From Minisyncoccota bacterium (lineage in GTDB: Bacteria; Patescibacteriota; Minisyncoccia; Phycocordibacterales; PALSA-1337): a stretch of 64,000 nucleotides of DNA. Below, piece by piece: positions 19,927-29,774 of the stretch (the first letter of the stretch is position 1; each line of letters begins with the position of its first letter). The notes beneath the pieces were generated by a model. The model made no database searches. It was not told the DNA's origin and was given only the letters and a program-made list of their open reading frames with translations. The stretch is from the NCBI GenBank assembly GCA_041665385.1, contig JBAYIX010000002.1, positions 50,932 to 114,931 of the forward strand, read 5' to 3'. A program made the translations under genes and the position numbers.

Positions 19927-20570
19927 ATTTGACAGAAAAGTTCCGATACTTTCTTTTTTAGTATTTCCGTCCCAGTTTTGTGCGAACAGCCCTTGGGCAA
20001 GGAAAAAGCCTTTCCTATCGATACTCCGACTTGCCTCCTCCACAAAGTATTTGGTTTCAACCGAAATGCCACCGGCAATACTCGTGCGCCAGTCTCGAGA
20101 GCGAGCACGGCGGCACCCTTTTTGAAATCTGCGAGAACGTCACTATCATTGATATGACCCTCCGGATATATGACTACTACCCCTCCGGAACTAATGATCT
20201 CCTTTGGTTTTTTGAGATTCACCTCGATACCTTTGCCCGGAAAAACGACGAAAACACCAAAAAGAGAGTAAACAAATTTTACAAAACCGATGCGACCGAG
20301 AAATATGAGAAATGGCCATTGGAAAGCATCTACAGCCATGAAGCGGAGCGGCAAGTGAGAATATGACGACACCAAACGGAAAAGAAAGCTGTCGTAAAAA
20401 GAAATATGGTTGGAAACAATTATGAGCGGCTTACCAGACTCATTCATGTTTTCCGCACCCACTATATGCAGGCGGAAAAATAGATGGAAAAAAGGCATTA
20501 CCAGAATGCCTGACAAGTATTGATTTATGCGCGAAAACCTTTCCGTATAAAGAACCGCGTCGCTGGCCAT
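19923..20570 (-). CDS. Lysophospholipid acyltransferase (PlsC family)
   Basis: NHISFYD (HX4D), YPEG, FKKGA. Confidence 0.88.
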   Translation of the reverse strand: MASDAVLYTERFSRINQYLSGILVMPFFHLFFRLHIVGAENMNESGKPLIIVSNHISFYDSFLFRLVSSYSHLPLRFMAVDAFQWPFLIFLGRIGFVKFVYSLFGVFVVFPGKGIEVNLKKPKEIISSGGVVVIYPEGHINDSDVLADFKKGAAVLALETGARVLPVAFRLKPNTLWRRQVGVSIGKAFSLPKGCSHKTGTEILKKKVSELFCQI

Positions 20571-20707
20571 TTATTGCTTTTACAAAATAGACTTATTCTG
20601 TTTCGACTACAGATGGCGCTAGTATATCATGAGCATGTCTACCTTGACAATCGAGCACACTTGTGCCAGTATTCGTAACAAATGACGTTCTTTCCAAACC
20701 ATGACTC

Positions 20708-21136
20708 GTGCCAGTTATGCAAACACCAAATATACTCGATGTGTACGTAGACGGCGAAACCAAAATCCTAAAGGAGATTGTGATCAGCCTCATCAGAGAA
20801 GATCCGACTCAGATATGGATCTGCAATATCCTGTCTGAGGCGGATGTGGTACTGATACATCTGGACCGGAGAGACTACCAAACACTGTCATGGGAACAGT
20901 GGTTCCAATATGCAGAAATATGCGCTCCCCAAGCTCTCATCCTCGTGCTTAGTGATGAAATGCCCCGTGCAGTCGATCTTTGCGGAGGACGTGTCTGCTG
21001 GAACAGACCGGACACCTTCCAGGTCGCAAGCATTCTGGATGAATTCCGAAATACATACATGGGCACACTGCGTTTCGCATCGGAACTACAGAGACGATGC
21101 AAACAGAATGGTGTGATGATAGCAGTACCCCACTAA
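20708..21136 (+). CDS. Hypothetical protein, possible degenerate receiver-like fold
   Basis: ORF with upstream TTGACA and a downstream terminator; ADVVLIHL and ALILVLS resemble receiver beta3/beta4. Confidence 0.5.
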   Translation: MPVMQTPNILDVYVDGETKILKEIVISLIREDPTQIWICNILSEADVVLIHLDRRDYQTLSWEQWFQYAEICAPQALILVLSDEMPRAVDLCGGRVCWNRPDTFQVASILDEFRNTYMGTLRFASELQRRCKQNGVMIAVPH

Positions 21137-21175
21137 AGGAAATGAAAACAAATGAGAGCGCATTGGAAACAATGC

Positions 21176-21294
21176 GCTTTTCTCTCGGGCACACAACTTT
21201 CTTTTTGTCGGATTTGAGAAGTTGTGCAAAGTCCGGGTAATCATAATAGCTCGCAAATCTGACAAAAAGAAAGTTGTGTGCCCGAGAGAAAAGC
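21176..21294. repeat. Palindromic element A3
   Basis: 40/41-bp arms; core AGAAGTTGTGCAAAGTCCGGGTAATCATAATAGCTCG. Confidence 0.88.
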
Positions 21295-21302
21295 TGTAGT
21301 GC

Positions 21303-21989
21303 CTAATCTTGACCCGGACGCTTGATAACTAGCTCAGTCACAGGCTCAGAAGAGGCGAGATTTGCGATGATCTTTTCTGCCGTTTCATCGGGATCGAGGA
21401 AGAGATCGTACTCCGGCGGTCTTTCTTCATTGAACAGGTCTGTTTTCATACCCCCAGGATATACACCTATAACAGTAATACCGAAATCTTTTACCTCTTC
21501 TCGGAGCGAGTCGGTAAAGCCTCGAGCGGCATACTTGCTCGAAGCATACACAGCAGAGTTTGGCCGGCCGGCTAGAGCGGCGGTGGAAATAATATTCACG
21601 ATCGTTCCCTTCCCCGCCTTTTTCATATATAGCAAGACGGCTCGTGCACCGTACATAGTGCCAAAGAGATTGACCTCCATGAGCTGATGCGCCCGCACCA
21701 TGTCCGCCTTTTCTATAGGCATGCGGGGGTGCCAGACGCCGGCATTGTTGATCCAGATATCTATGCCACCTGTCAGACTAGCCGCCTCTCGTGCCAGATT
21801 TATGAGATCTTGCTCTTTGGTAACATCTGCGACTATTGCGGTCGCGCCGATCTCGAGCGCGGTCTTTTCGAGCTCTGCTTTGTCGCGCGATGATACAACC
21901 ACTCTGGCTCCTTGTTCCGCAACAAGCCTCGCCATCGATCTTCCCAACCCCCGGCTAGAGCCGGTAATAACTACCACTTTATTTTTCAT
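21303..21989 (-). CDS. Short-chain dehydrogenase/reductase
   Basis: TGSSRGLG, NNAG, YASSK. Confidence 0.95.
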   Translation of the reverse strand: MKNKVVVITGSSRGLGRSMARLVAEQGARVVVSSRDKAELEKTALEIGATAIVADVTKEQDLINLAREAASLTGGIDIWINNAGVWHPRMPIEKADMVRAHQLMEVNLFGTMYGARAVLLYMKKAGKGTIVNIISTAALAGRPNSAVYASSKYAARGFTDSLREEVKDFGITVIGVYPGGMKTDLFNEERPPEYDLFLDPDETAEKIIANLASSEPVTELVIKRPGQD

Positions 21990-22013
21990 GAGGGAATTTT
22001 AGCACAAAAAACA

Positions 22014-23315
22014 CTACAAAGTTATTTTTGGCAGGTCTACTTCCTTTATATTGCCGGCAACAGTCATGTACCAGGCATCATCCTTGAAATACTTGTTTGC
22101 AACACGGATGATGTCTTCGTTGGTGACCTCGGAATGACTTCTTACGCGATCAACGACTGTCTTTCCCTTTTGAGACAATATTCTTTCCTGATAGAAGTGT
22201 CCATCTACCCAGCTTTCTGCTGTTTCATACATGACTCGAAGTCGCTTTGTTGCAGTCTCCTTCTTTGCTTTTATTAACTCTTCGGGTATGCCGTCACGTT
22301 TGACGTCCTTCAATATGGAACAAAGAGTAAGAAGTGTTTCGGATAGATTTGCGAGCGAAGTCGATGCGTGTATCATGAAATGTCCTGAATCATTTGACGG
22401 AGAGCTAGCTGCATCGACACTATATATCAGTCCTTTTTCATATCGAAGCTTTTTGTGCAATAGACCGGCACGCCCACCACCTAGTGTATCAGCCAACATT
22501 CTTAATACGGTCGAATCTTTATCTGATATTATTGTTGTTCGAAAACCCATCCAAAAATTAACATGCTTTACATTTTCGTCGTAGAAGATCTGAAGAGGCC
22601 TTGTCCGAATAATTGGCGCCAGAACTTCTGTGAGTTCATGTGCGATACCTAGTGCCACAAAATGTATATTTTTTTCGATGGAAGCGGCCATATTTTCTAT
22701 TGATATACCTCCAGCGGAAACCATACTGCACCTATTCGATACGACATACTTGTTATAGAAATCGAGGGTATCCTGACGCGTGATAGACATCAGAGATTCC
22801 TTTGTACCTAATGTATCCAGCTCATAAGCGGTGCCTTGATACATCAGACAATAGAATCCGCGATTTGCTTTTTTTTCGGCCGTAGAGAGCCTATCCCCCA
22901 TTTCCTGCAATATAGATCCTCGTTCGGATTCTATTATAGAGTCAGTGAACAAAGACTCGGTCAAGAGCTCACCGAGAAATGATGTCAAAACATCAATATC
23001 CGCAGGCTCAGATATTTCAGAGTTCACGCACAATACCTCGTCATTTGTACTTGCCGACACCAGGCCTCCCTTGCTCTCTATATACATTGCAAGCTTGTCC
23101 TTCTGTGGAAACTTCTTTGTCCCTGCAAATATGAGGTGTTCAACAAAGTGTGCTATTCCCTCCTTGCCTGGCGGGTCGAAACGACTGCCAGAATCGAAAA
23201 CTAGTTTCAAAGTAACCGGAGCATTTGGCTTCTCGAAATGTACTAGACGGACTCCATTTGATAGCACTTTTTCCTTTCGTACAACACCGAGCTCCGCAAG
23301 AGTGGGTATTTGCAT
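22014..23315 (-). CDS. M16 (insulinase/pitrilysin) zinc peptidase
   Basis: Inverted zinc motif HFVEH; LRYEKGLIYSV. Confidence 0.93.
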   Translation of the reverse strand: MQIPTLAELGVVRKEKVLSNGVRLVHFEKPNAPVTLKLVFDSGSRFDPPGKEGIAHFVEHLIFAGTKKFPQKDKLAMYIESKGGLVSASTNDEVLCVNSEISEPADIDVLTSFLGELLTESLFTDSIIESERGSILQEMGDRLSTAEKKANRGFYCLMYQGTAYELDTLGTKESLMSITRQDTLDFYNKYVVSNRCSMVSAGGISIENMAASIEKNIHFVALGIAHELTEVLAPIIRTRPLQIFYDENVKHVNFWMGFRTTIISDKDSTVLRMLADTLGGGRAGLLHKKLRYEKGLIYSVDAASSPSNDSGHFMIHASTSLANLSETLLTLCSILKDVKRDGIPEELIKAKKETATKRLRVMYETAESWVDGHFYQERILSQKGKTVVDRVRSHSEVTNEDIIRVANKYFKDDAWYMTVAGNIKEVDLPKITL

Positions 23316-23371
23316 TTTATTATATGTAAAATGAATAATTTATACGATCATATCACACAAAAGTGAATAAA

Positions 23372-23399
23372 ATGGAGCTGGCATTACTACCAGCTCCAT
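23372..23399 (-). terminator. Terminator after peptide array
   Basis: ATGGAGCTGG....CCAGCTCCAT hairpin followed by TTTATT on the minus strand. Confidence 0.7.
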
Positions 23400-23408
23400 A
23401 ACGGTCAT

Positions 23409-23501
23409 TCAGTACTTCTCGCAAGAGCCACCCGTGTGAGGGCAGGTCTCTTCGGTTTCCTCTTCGCAAAAGAGGACTTGGATGGATTTGGTATTCTTCA
23501 T
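23409..23501 (-). CDS. Putative small peptide MKNTKSIQVLFCEEETEETCPHTGGSCEKY
   Basis: Manual translation; 30 aa, below the ORF-track cutoff; basic leader plus acidic Cys-rich tail. Confidence 0.5.
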   Translation of the reverse strand: MKNTKSIQVLFCEEETEETCPHTGGSCEKY

Positions 23502-23591
23502 AGTAAATAGAATGAAGATTGACTTTTTGATGAACCACACATACATGTGTCGGCTCTCCCGCATAAGAGCGGTCACCTGCTCGCATGAAGA

Positions 23592-23696
23592 TCAGGGACT
23601 ACTATCGTGCCCGTAATCATCATGGTCCGGACCATCATCATCGGCCTGGAACAAGATATGTTTTTGCATAGGAATGAACTTTTGCAGTTTGGACAT
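23592..23696 (-). CDS. Putative small peptide MSKLQKFIPMQKHILFQADDDGPDHDDYGHDSSP
   Basis: Manual translation; GAGGGGG upstream of the ATG; Asp-rich tail. Confidence 0.5.
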   Translation of the reverse strand: MSKLQKFIPMQKHILFQADDDGPDHDDYGHDSSP

Positions 23697-23754
23697 AGCG
23701 ACCCCCTCATACATGAAGCGGATCTCCCACTACATGGTTTCCTAAAGATGGATG

Positions 23755-23847
23755 TCAGTCACCGTCAGTAGGCTCGTCTGTCGGAATATCAGGAGTACAG
23801 TTGCCGTCATCCTGCTCAATAACAGACATCAGTTTGGACTTGTTCAT
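23755..23847 (-). CDS. Putative small peptide MNKSKLMSVIEQDDGNCTPDIPTDEPTDGD
   Basis: C-terminal part of track ORF 23755..23946; basic leader plus T/D/P-rich tail. Confidence 0.5.
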   Translation of the reverse strand: MNKSKLMSVIEQDDGNCTPDIPTDEPTDGD

Positions 23848-24037
23848 ACTTTTCGTAGTGTTTGTAATGTTCATGACCGGAATAAGTCCGGCCTCCATCA
23901 CGCTGGTCCGGCGGTATGCACGGTCCAGTGTCGTCGCTAGGTCCACAAGCGCTCGTTCCCGAAAAGGTTTTGCGAATACCTTTTCTTATGAGCATATCAT
24001 CGTCTTGTCCGTCCCCATCACAGGAACCTTCTGGCAT
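23816..24037 (-). CDS. Putative small peptide MPEGSCDGDGQDDDMLIRKGIRKTFSGTSACGPSDDTGPCIPPDQ...
   Basis: SD-like GAAAGGAA upstream; Cys/Asp/Gly/Pro-rich. Confidence 0.45.
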   Translation of the reverse strand: MPEGSCDGDGQDDDMLIRKGIRKTFSGTSACGPSDDTGPCIPPDQRDGGRTYSGHEHYKHYEKYEQVQTDVCY

Positions 24038-24171
24038 ATTTTCCTTTCTCTACCTATTTTGTTTGCCTACTATAGGTAGTGCTATCTATGGGTATCTTAT
24101 CAGAGGGGGTTTTATTGTCAAGCATAGATGATTCAGTTGTGGATAACTGGCAATTGTGAGATTCTAGTGAT

Positions 24172-24687
24172 ATGGAGAAGTCTTATAATACTATTCGCGA
24201 ACTATTGCGAACCGATCAAGAAGATATTTGTCTGTTCAAGGCTGGCAAAATCTCTGCTGATGAACACACGGATCGAAATCTATTCACTTCAAATAGCTTT
24301 ATGGACCAGATGCGAAAAGACGGATTTTGCTACAAGAATTCAGCTTCACAGGATATCTACAAAGCTTTTGTTACCCTATCGTTGCATGTCAGCCTTAGTA
24401 ATATGAAATGGATATTTGACACGTATATTGAGAAAACCACACCCTATGAGGTTGCTCCTGAAGACAAGGCGTTATTTATTGATAAAATTCTGATACTTTC
24501 AGGAAAACCTCAAATATACGGTACACAATATAAAATTGATTCGAACAAAAAGATATCATTTCTTCCTATTGAGGATGAAGTCAATCTAGATAAGAGAAGA
24601 AGTGAAGCTGGTCTTAATCATATAGAGACGTACATGAAAATAATTGGGGATCATGAGTCACTAGCTTCGAAGCACTTTATACTATAA
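24172..24687 (+). CDS. DUF6624-like protein
   Basis: DQ near the N-terminus; A..IDKI...GKPQIYGTQY...PIED..NLDKRR.EAGL. Confidence 0.75.
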   Translation: MEKSYNTIRELLRTDQEDICLFKAGKISADEHTDRNLFTSNSFMDQMRKDGFCYKNSASQDIYKAFVTLSLHVSLSNMKWIFDTYIEKTTPYEVAPEDKALFIDKILILSGKPQIYGTQYKIDSNKKISFLPIEDEVNLDKRRSEAGLNHIETYMKIIGDHESLASKHFIL

Positions 24688-24697
24688 TAAAAAAGTA

Positions 24698-25546
24698 TTA
24701 ATGAAGCAGAATCGGTTCCCTAAACTCCTTTAGAAGCGCCGGATCTTTCATGATTTGGATTCCATGATTATTATCAAATTGTCGCTTTTTTATTATATCT
24801 GATTCAATTTCTTTACATACATGTATCATTTGTCCTACAAAAAGTCTAAAGTCATTTCCCTCAGCTCTATTTTTCTCGAATAACTTTAGAAAATAATCGA
24901 AAGCGGTGATTGTTTTATCATCCATTTTGAAATATATCTCCAGAACATTATAATTGCCCACTATTTCCTTTTTAAAGATGTCGCAAAAATCGTCCTGATA
25001 GACAATTATCGGCGCGATGAGTTCTTTTATGAAATATAGTAACTCATGACTCAGTTCTTCATTTATATCTTTTAAAATATCATAGAGCATTATGTGAGAT
25101 ATCTCATGGATAGACACGGCTAAAACTCGTGGAAATGCGGTTACTCCTTTTAGACATTTATATATGGAAAAATAAAAGATATTATCCTTGAATGGAGATA
25201 GAGGAAATATTGTGGGTACTAAAATATAACCTTGATTTTCAGATTGCCATTCATAATTCATTAGACCTGCCAATATATCCAGTGCCTTCTCACCCTTAGC
25301 TTCAACTTCGTGTTTAACAAAGTTTACTGCGGTATCGATATTCTCCTTGTTTCCTTTTCTCAAGTCCTCAATAAACTTTTTGACCACATCACTTTCACTT
25401 TTAGGCTCTACATCGATAACTGTTTTTAGTTCTGGTAAAAAGGAAAAGATAATATTTCTATGCTGGGGATATTCTTTGTTATTCAGAAAGTTCAAAAATA
25501 TATTAATCTCCGATTTTTCATTGATATCTAAAAGTATTTTATGCAT
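24698..25546 (-). CDS. Hypothetical protein with HExxH motif
   Basis: IHEISH followed by a downstream E (KEL); AT-rich. Confidence 0.65.
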   Translation of the reverse strand: MHKILLDINEKSEINIFLNFLNNKEYPQHRNIIFSFLPELKTVIDVEPKSESDVVKKFIEDLRKGNKENIDTAVNFVKHEVEAKGEKALDILAGLMNYEWQSENQGYILVPTIFPLSPFKDNIFYFSIYKCLKGVTAFPRVLAVSIHEISHIMLYDILKDINEELSHELLYFIKELIAPIIVYQDDFCDIFKKEIVGNYNVLEIYFKMDDKTITAFDYFLKLFEKNRAEGNDFRLFVGQMIHVCKEIESDIIKKRQFDNNHGIQIMKDPALLKEFREPILLH

Positions 25547-25626
25547 TTGGATAATATATCATATTTAACACGTTAAAAAACAGCTAGGACTTTCATCCCA
25601 GCTGTGTGTAAATAACCTTGGAACAA

Positions 25627-26931
25627 TTACGGCGTCAGGCGATTAGGCCCGCGATAGAGGTAGGTCACTTCCCGGACATTTTTTCGGTCTAGGAGAACCA
25701 TGAGAAGCCTCGTAAGTCCCACACCGAATCCTCCGTGCGACGGACAACCGTAGCGAAAGAAGTTGATGTAGTGCGCGAGAGGAGCAAGAGCCAATCCCTT
25801 TTCTCGCGCCTGCTGTTCAAGCGTTTCGACACGATGTTCACGCTGTGCACCAGTCGTCACTTCAAGCCCCTTCCATAAAAGGTCGAAGCTCTTGGTGATG
25901 CTGGGATTGCCGTCATGACGCATGTGGTAGAACGGTCGCACATCGATCGGGTAGTCGATCACAAAAACAAACTCGTGACCAAATTCCTTCTTGATGTATT
26001 CCGCCAAACCCCTTTCGCCGGGCGGATCAAGGTCAGTGATTTGCTCCATGGTATGGCCCTGCTTTGCGAGAATCTCTCGCGCATTTGCCAAGGTAACCCT
26101 TGGAAATGGGAGTTGAGGAATCACTACGTCAACTCCGAAAACGTCCTTGATAGCCTTACCGTATTTCTCTGACACTCGTTTGACCACGTGATGCAACCAA
26201 GTCTCCTCGATATGCATCAGATCTTCATGGGAATCAACCCACGATATCTCCATGTCAACCGAGGTAATCTCGGTGTCATGTCGTGATGTGAACGATGGAT
26301 TGGCACGGAATACAGGCGCAATCTCAAAGATCCGATCAAACCCTGCCGCCATCGCCATTTGCTTGTAGAACTGAGGCGATTGGGCCAGAGTCGCTTTTTG
26401 CCCGAAGTACTCAAGCTGAAACAGTTCTGCACCGGATTCGCTCGCCGTTGCCATAAGCTTCGGCGAATGGACCTCGATGAAGCCGTTGTCAGCCCAGAAC
26501 TCCCTCATCGCCTGCTCCACGGTCGTTTGGACCTGGAATATCAGGAGATTTTCGGGTTGCCTCAAGCTAAGCATCCGCCAGTCCATCTGCAGATCGAGCG
26601 ATGACTCCGGCGTAATCGGTAATGGCGCAATGGCGATGCTTGAAACATCAACCGACTCCGCCACAATCTCAACTCCACCAAGCTTCACGCCCTTGTTTTC
26701 GACCACGCGGCCTACAACAGTGACTGCTGATTCAGCAGTAAGCGAAGATATGGTCTTTTTCAACCCATCCTCGTCACCACCTTTTTCATGACAAATCTGA
26801 ACCTGTCCCGTCTGATCCCTGAGGATCACGAACTGCATTTTCTTTTGGTCGCGAATGACTTGTGAAAAGCCCGCAACTTTTACTCGTTGGCCGATTAAAG
26901 TCGGTATGTATTGAGTCAATGTGCGATTCAT
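25627..26931 (-). CDS. aspS: Second aspartate--tRNA ligase (short, likely non-discriminating)
   Basis: OB fold, LAQSPQFYKQ, FRANPSFTSRH, GAQREH, HGGFGVG; strong SD AAAGGAGG. Confidence 0.93.
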   Translation of the reverse strand: MNRTLTQYIPTLIGQRVKVAGFSQVIRDQKKMQFVILRDQTGQVQICHEKGGDEDGLKKTISSLTAESAVTVVGRVVENKGVKLGGVEIVAESVDVSSIAIAPLPITPESSLDLQMDWRMLSLRQPENLLIFQVQTTVEQAMREFWADNGFIEVHSPKLMATASESGAELFQLEYFGQKATLAQSPQFYKQMAMAAGFDRIFEIAPVFRANPSFTSRHDTEITSVDMEISWVDSHEDLMHIEETWLHHVVKRVSEKYGKAIKDVFGVDVVIPQLPFPRVTLANAREILAKQGHTMEQITDLDPPGERGLAEYIKKEFGHEFVFVIDYPIDVRPFYHMRHDGNPSITKSFDLLWKGLEVTTGAQREHRVETLEQQAREKGLALAPLAHYINFFRYGCPSHGGFGVGLTRLLMVLLDRKNVREVTYLYRGPNRLTP

Positions 26932-27105
26932 TTGCCACCTCCTTTCAATTGGTTGTGGTCATTTTGTTCATAATAACTACTATAAACAGATCAACTCCAT
27001 TTATAGTTCTTGCTACAGAGTAAGAAACAATATTAATATTGTCAAGGCTTTTTTGAAAATCTACATTTGAATTATGCAATCCAAATGAAAAGAACTTAAC
27101 ATAAT

Positions 27106-27684
27106 TTATCGATAGTATTTTGACCTATTTACAACTAAACTACCGTTTACGATCTCAACATCAAAAAAAGAGAATAATTTATCATTTATCTGATCGATAA
27201 ATTCCGTATTAGAATAATTGAGTTTGTTTGCCACGACATAGATTCCCACAACTTCCACTCCCAATTTTCTAAACAGATTTTCCGCAGCTCTTAATGTTCC
27301 TCCAGTTGATAAAATACAGTCTACAATGACTATCCTCTTTATTTTTGTTAGATCAAATGAAAAAAATAGCTCTCTTTTCTGATATCCTGTCTCTTGAGTG
27401 AACTGAAATAAATCAGTCATCTTGTAATTAAATGTCCTAGCTGCAACAATAGGCTTTCCTGATAATAATGCTAATGGTAAAGCCGTAAATATTCCGTCAG
27501 TCTCAACAGTAAATATCAAATCAATATCCTTAGGCATCTTAGAATACATGGCCTCAGCTAGATATCTCACTTCCTCAATATCAATTGGAATTATACCTTT
27601 ATATGGATAGACGAAATAATCATAACCATTTTCGGTCTTATATACTGGTGTTTTTTCAAATTTTCTCTTGATTGCTTCAAACAT
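27106..27684 (-). CDS. Type I phosphoribosyltransferase (APRT/HPRT-like)
   Basis: PRPP-binding loop IVIVDCILSTGGT. Confidence 0.85.
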   Translation of the reverse strand: MFEAIKRKFEKTPVYKTENGYDYFVYPYKGIIPIDIEEVRYLAEAMYSKMPKDIDLIFTVETDGIFTALPLALLSGKPIVAARTFNYKMTDLFQFTQETGYQKRELFFSFDLTKIKRIVIVDCILSTGGTLRAAENLFRKLGVEVVGIYVVANKLNYSNTEFIDQINDKLFSFFDVEIVNGSLVVNRSKYYR

Positions 27685-27691
27685 ATTGGTG

Positions 27692-29770
27692 CTAACTCAG
27701 GTAAAATTTATATATGTCTTTTGGTAAAGACACATGCTTTTCACAATAACCCAAAACCTCCCTAGCCAATATTACAAGAAGTGCTAATCGTTTTCCAAAA
27801 CTTTTATCATCCCGAGGTATTTGTAATATGGTTTTAATCTGATGATCAAATCCGTCAGGTTGCTTAGGTAAACCGGAAAAGAACTTAGTATAATAATTTT
27901 TTTCCTCAGGATAGTTAATTTTGTTGAGATCGAAAATCATATTTTTTATATATCTTACTGCTCTATCAATTTCTAAATTTGCCACCAAAACTTCTTTTCT
28001 TGAATATTGTTTATAAATTTCTGAAAACATTTTAAAACCGTGATACTCGTTATAAACCATGCAAATTTCTCCTAACTCAATAATATTCTCAACTAATCTT
28101 CTTTTTTGCTCTGAAATCGAAATCTTCGTTTTCTTTTTTATTATGTGACTAATTGTTTCAGTACATTGTATCAACTTCACATATGAATAAGCGTGTTTCA
28201 TTTTAGGTGACCATAAGCTGTCTCTAAACGAATTCAGAGACATATATCGACCCGAAAACATAACTCCATTATATTTATACATGCCGGTTTTAAGCCCATA
28301 TTGTTTTTTTATTTTCTCAATATCATCACAATCAAATACACAAGTGAAATCAATATCTGACAGGTCATCAGCTGTACCCCTACCAACACCACCTCGAATA
28401 ATCAGTCCCTGAAAACCTGGGATTATACTGAAAAAGTCTTCAACATATTTGTTTACAATATCCTCATATTCCACAACTGTCATATTATCTAATACATCAT
28501 GTGTTTCAAATTTTTGGTCTAAAATGACTTCGTTTTCATTTTTCATAAGAGGAAGATCAACATTGCTAATATAATTGTCTAGAGTGAAAAGTATTTTTTG
28601 ATATTTACTACTGAACCTGATCACATCTTCCTTTATAAGGCTCTTCTCTTTATAACCAATCAATACTTCCGAAATATATTTCGCTATTTGTTTCATTTCA
28701 TCTTCTTTCATGCCCAGTCTCGTCACTTCCGCAGTTCCCAATCTTAGTCCAACTTTTTGTATCGCAGGTATCCGAATAGGGTTTGTATTGATATTACATT
28801 CAGCAAGCATTTCAAACGCTCTCTGTGGATCAAGCGCGCCCGTGTCTATCCAAACCTGGTGCGTTTCCGTAACACCTTTATCGAGCGTGGGAATTGCAAC
28901 CCCATTCATAGCTAAGCTATTCCCCAATTCCTTAGCGTTTTTTACAACCTGCATAGCATATTCATTCCCAAATTCTTCCATTTCTAATACACTCATATAC
29001 AAAGCCAAAAGACTTCCTGTGTGAAGGCTAGATATGTAATCATTTGATATAGAATCAATTTTATTTATCAGATCTTGGTTATTAGTCAAGATAATTCCTT
29101 TTTGGGAACCAAAGAATGTCTTATGGGTACTGCCGCTTAAAATATCCGCTCCGTTTTCTATTGGATTCGGAAACGACTTACCGGCGATTAAACCCAAGAC
29201 ATGCGAACCATCATATACGATCGGAGCATGATATTTTTCCGCAAGTTTTTTTAATCCATCAAGAGGAGAATAAAAACTAATGATTGTATTATCCAAATAT
29301 ATTAATCGCGGTTTTCTAATCTCGAACGTTTTCTCTATTTCTTCCAAATCGAATCGATAATTTATATTACTAAATGGTAAATAGTTAATATTCAGATGAT
29401 ACATACGACATATTTTTTCGGTCGACGCATGGCCTCCATCAAGTGGTTTCAGAGTGTAAATGTTATCATTTTTATCTGTTAGACTGCTGATAATCAAACT
29501 CATACAACTCATCCCTGAAAGCGGTGATATGTTGACATATTTTACGTTAAACATTTTGCAAAGATGTTGCTTCAGTTTTTCTTTAATTTCAAAAAGTTCT
29601 TTATTGTTTGGAAAATCATTGAGAATATACCTATTGGAAAGCAACGATGCCTGCAATTGGCTAACCTTATCGCTAATTATGTTTTCTGAGGCAATAAGGT
29701 TTATACATCTGCTTTTCCGTTCCTCCTGTATTGCAACAGTTCTAATTAGATTATCTAAATCGGATTCCAT
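27692..29770 (-). CDS. SHMT/L-threonine transaldolase-like PLP enzyme fused to a Pol-beta-type nucleotidyltransferase
   Basis: INLIASEN, YDGSHVLGLIAG, GSTHKTFFGSQKG, GLRLGT; C-terminal RGGVGRGTADDLSDIDF. Confidence 0.8.
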   Translation of the reverse strand: MESDLDNLIRTVAIQEERKSRCINLIASENIISDKVSQLQASLLSNRYILNDFPNNKELFEIKEKLKQHLCKMFNVKYVNISPLSGMSCMSLIISSLTDKNDNIYTLKPLDGGHASTEKICRMYHLNINYLPFSNINYRFDLEEIEKTFEIRKPRLIYLDNTIISFYSPLDGLKKLAEKYHAPIVYDGSHVLGLIAGKSFPNPIENGADILSGSTHKTFFGSQKGIILTNNQDLINKIDSISNDYISSLHTGSLLALYMSVLEMEEFGNEYAMQVVKNAKELGNSLAMNGVAIPTLDKGVTETHQVWIDTGALDPQRAFEMLAECNINTNPIRIPAIQKVGLRLGTAEVTRLGMKEDEMKQIAKYISEVLIGYKEKSLIKEDVIRFSSKYQKILFTLDNYISNVDLPLMKNENEVILDQKFETHDVLDNMTVVEYEDIVNKYVEDFFSIIPGFQGLIIRGGVGRGTADDLSDIDFTCVFDCDDIEKIKKQYGLKTGMYKYNGVMFSGRYMSLNSFRDSLWSPKMKHAYSYVKLIQCTETISHIIKKKTKISISEQKRRLVENIIELGEICMVYNEYHGFKMFSEIYKQYSRKEVLVANLEIDRAVRYIKNMIFDLNKINYPEEKNYYTKFFSGLPKQPDGFDHQIKTILQIPRDDKSFGKRLALLVILAREVLGYCEKHVSLPKDIYKFYLS

Positions 29771-29774
29771 GTAA

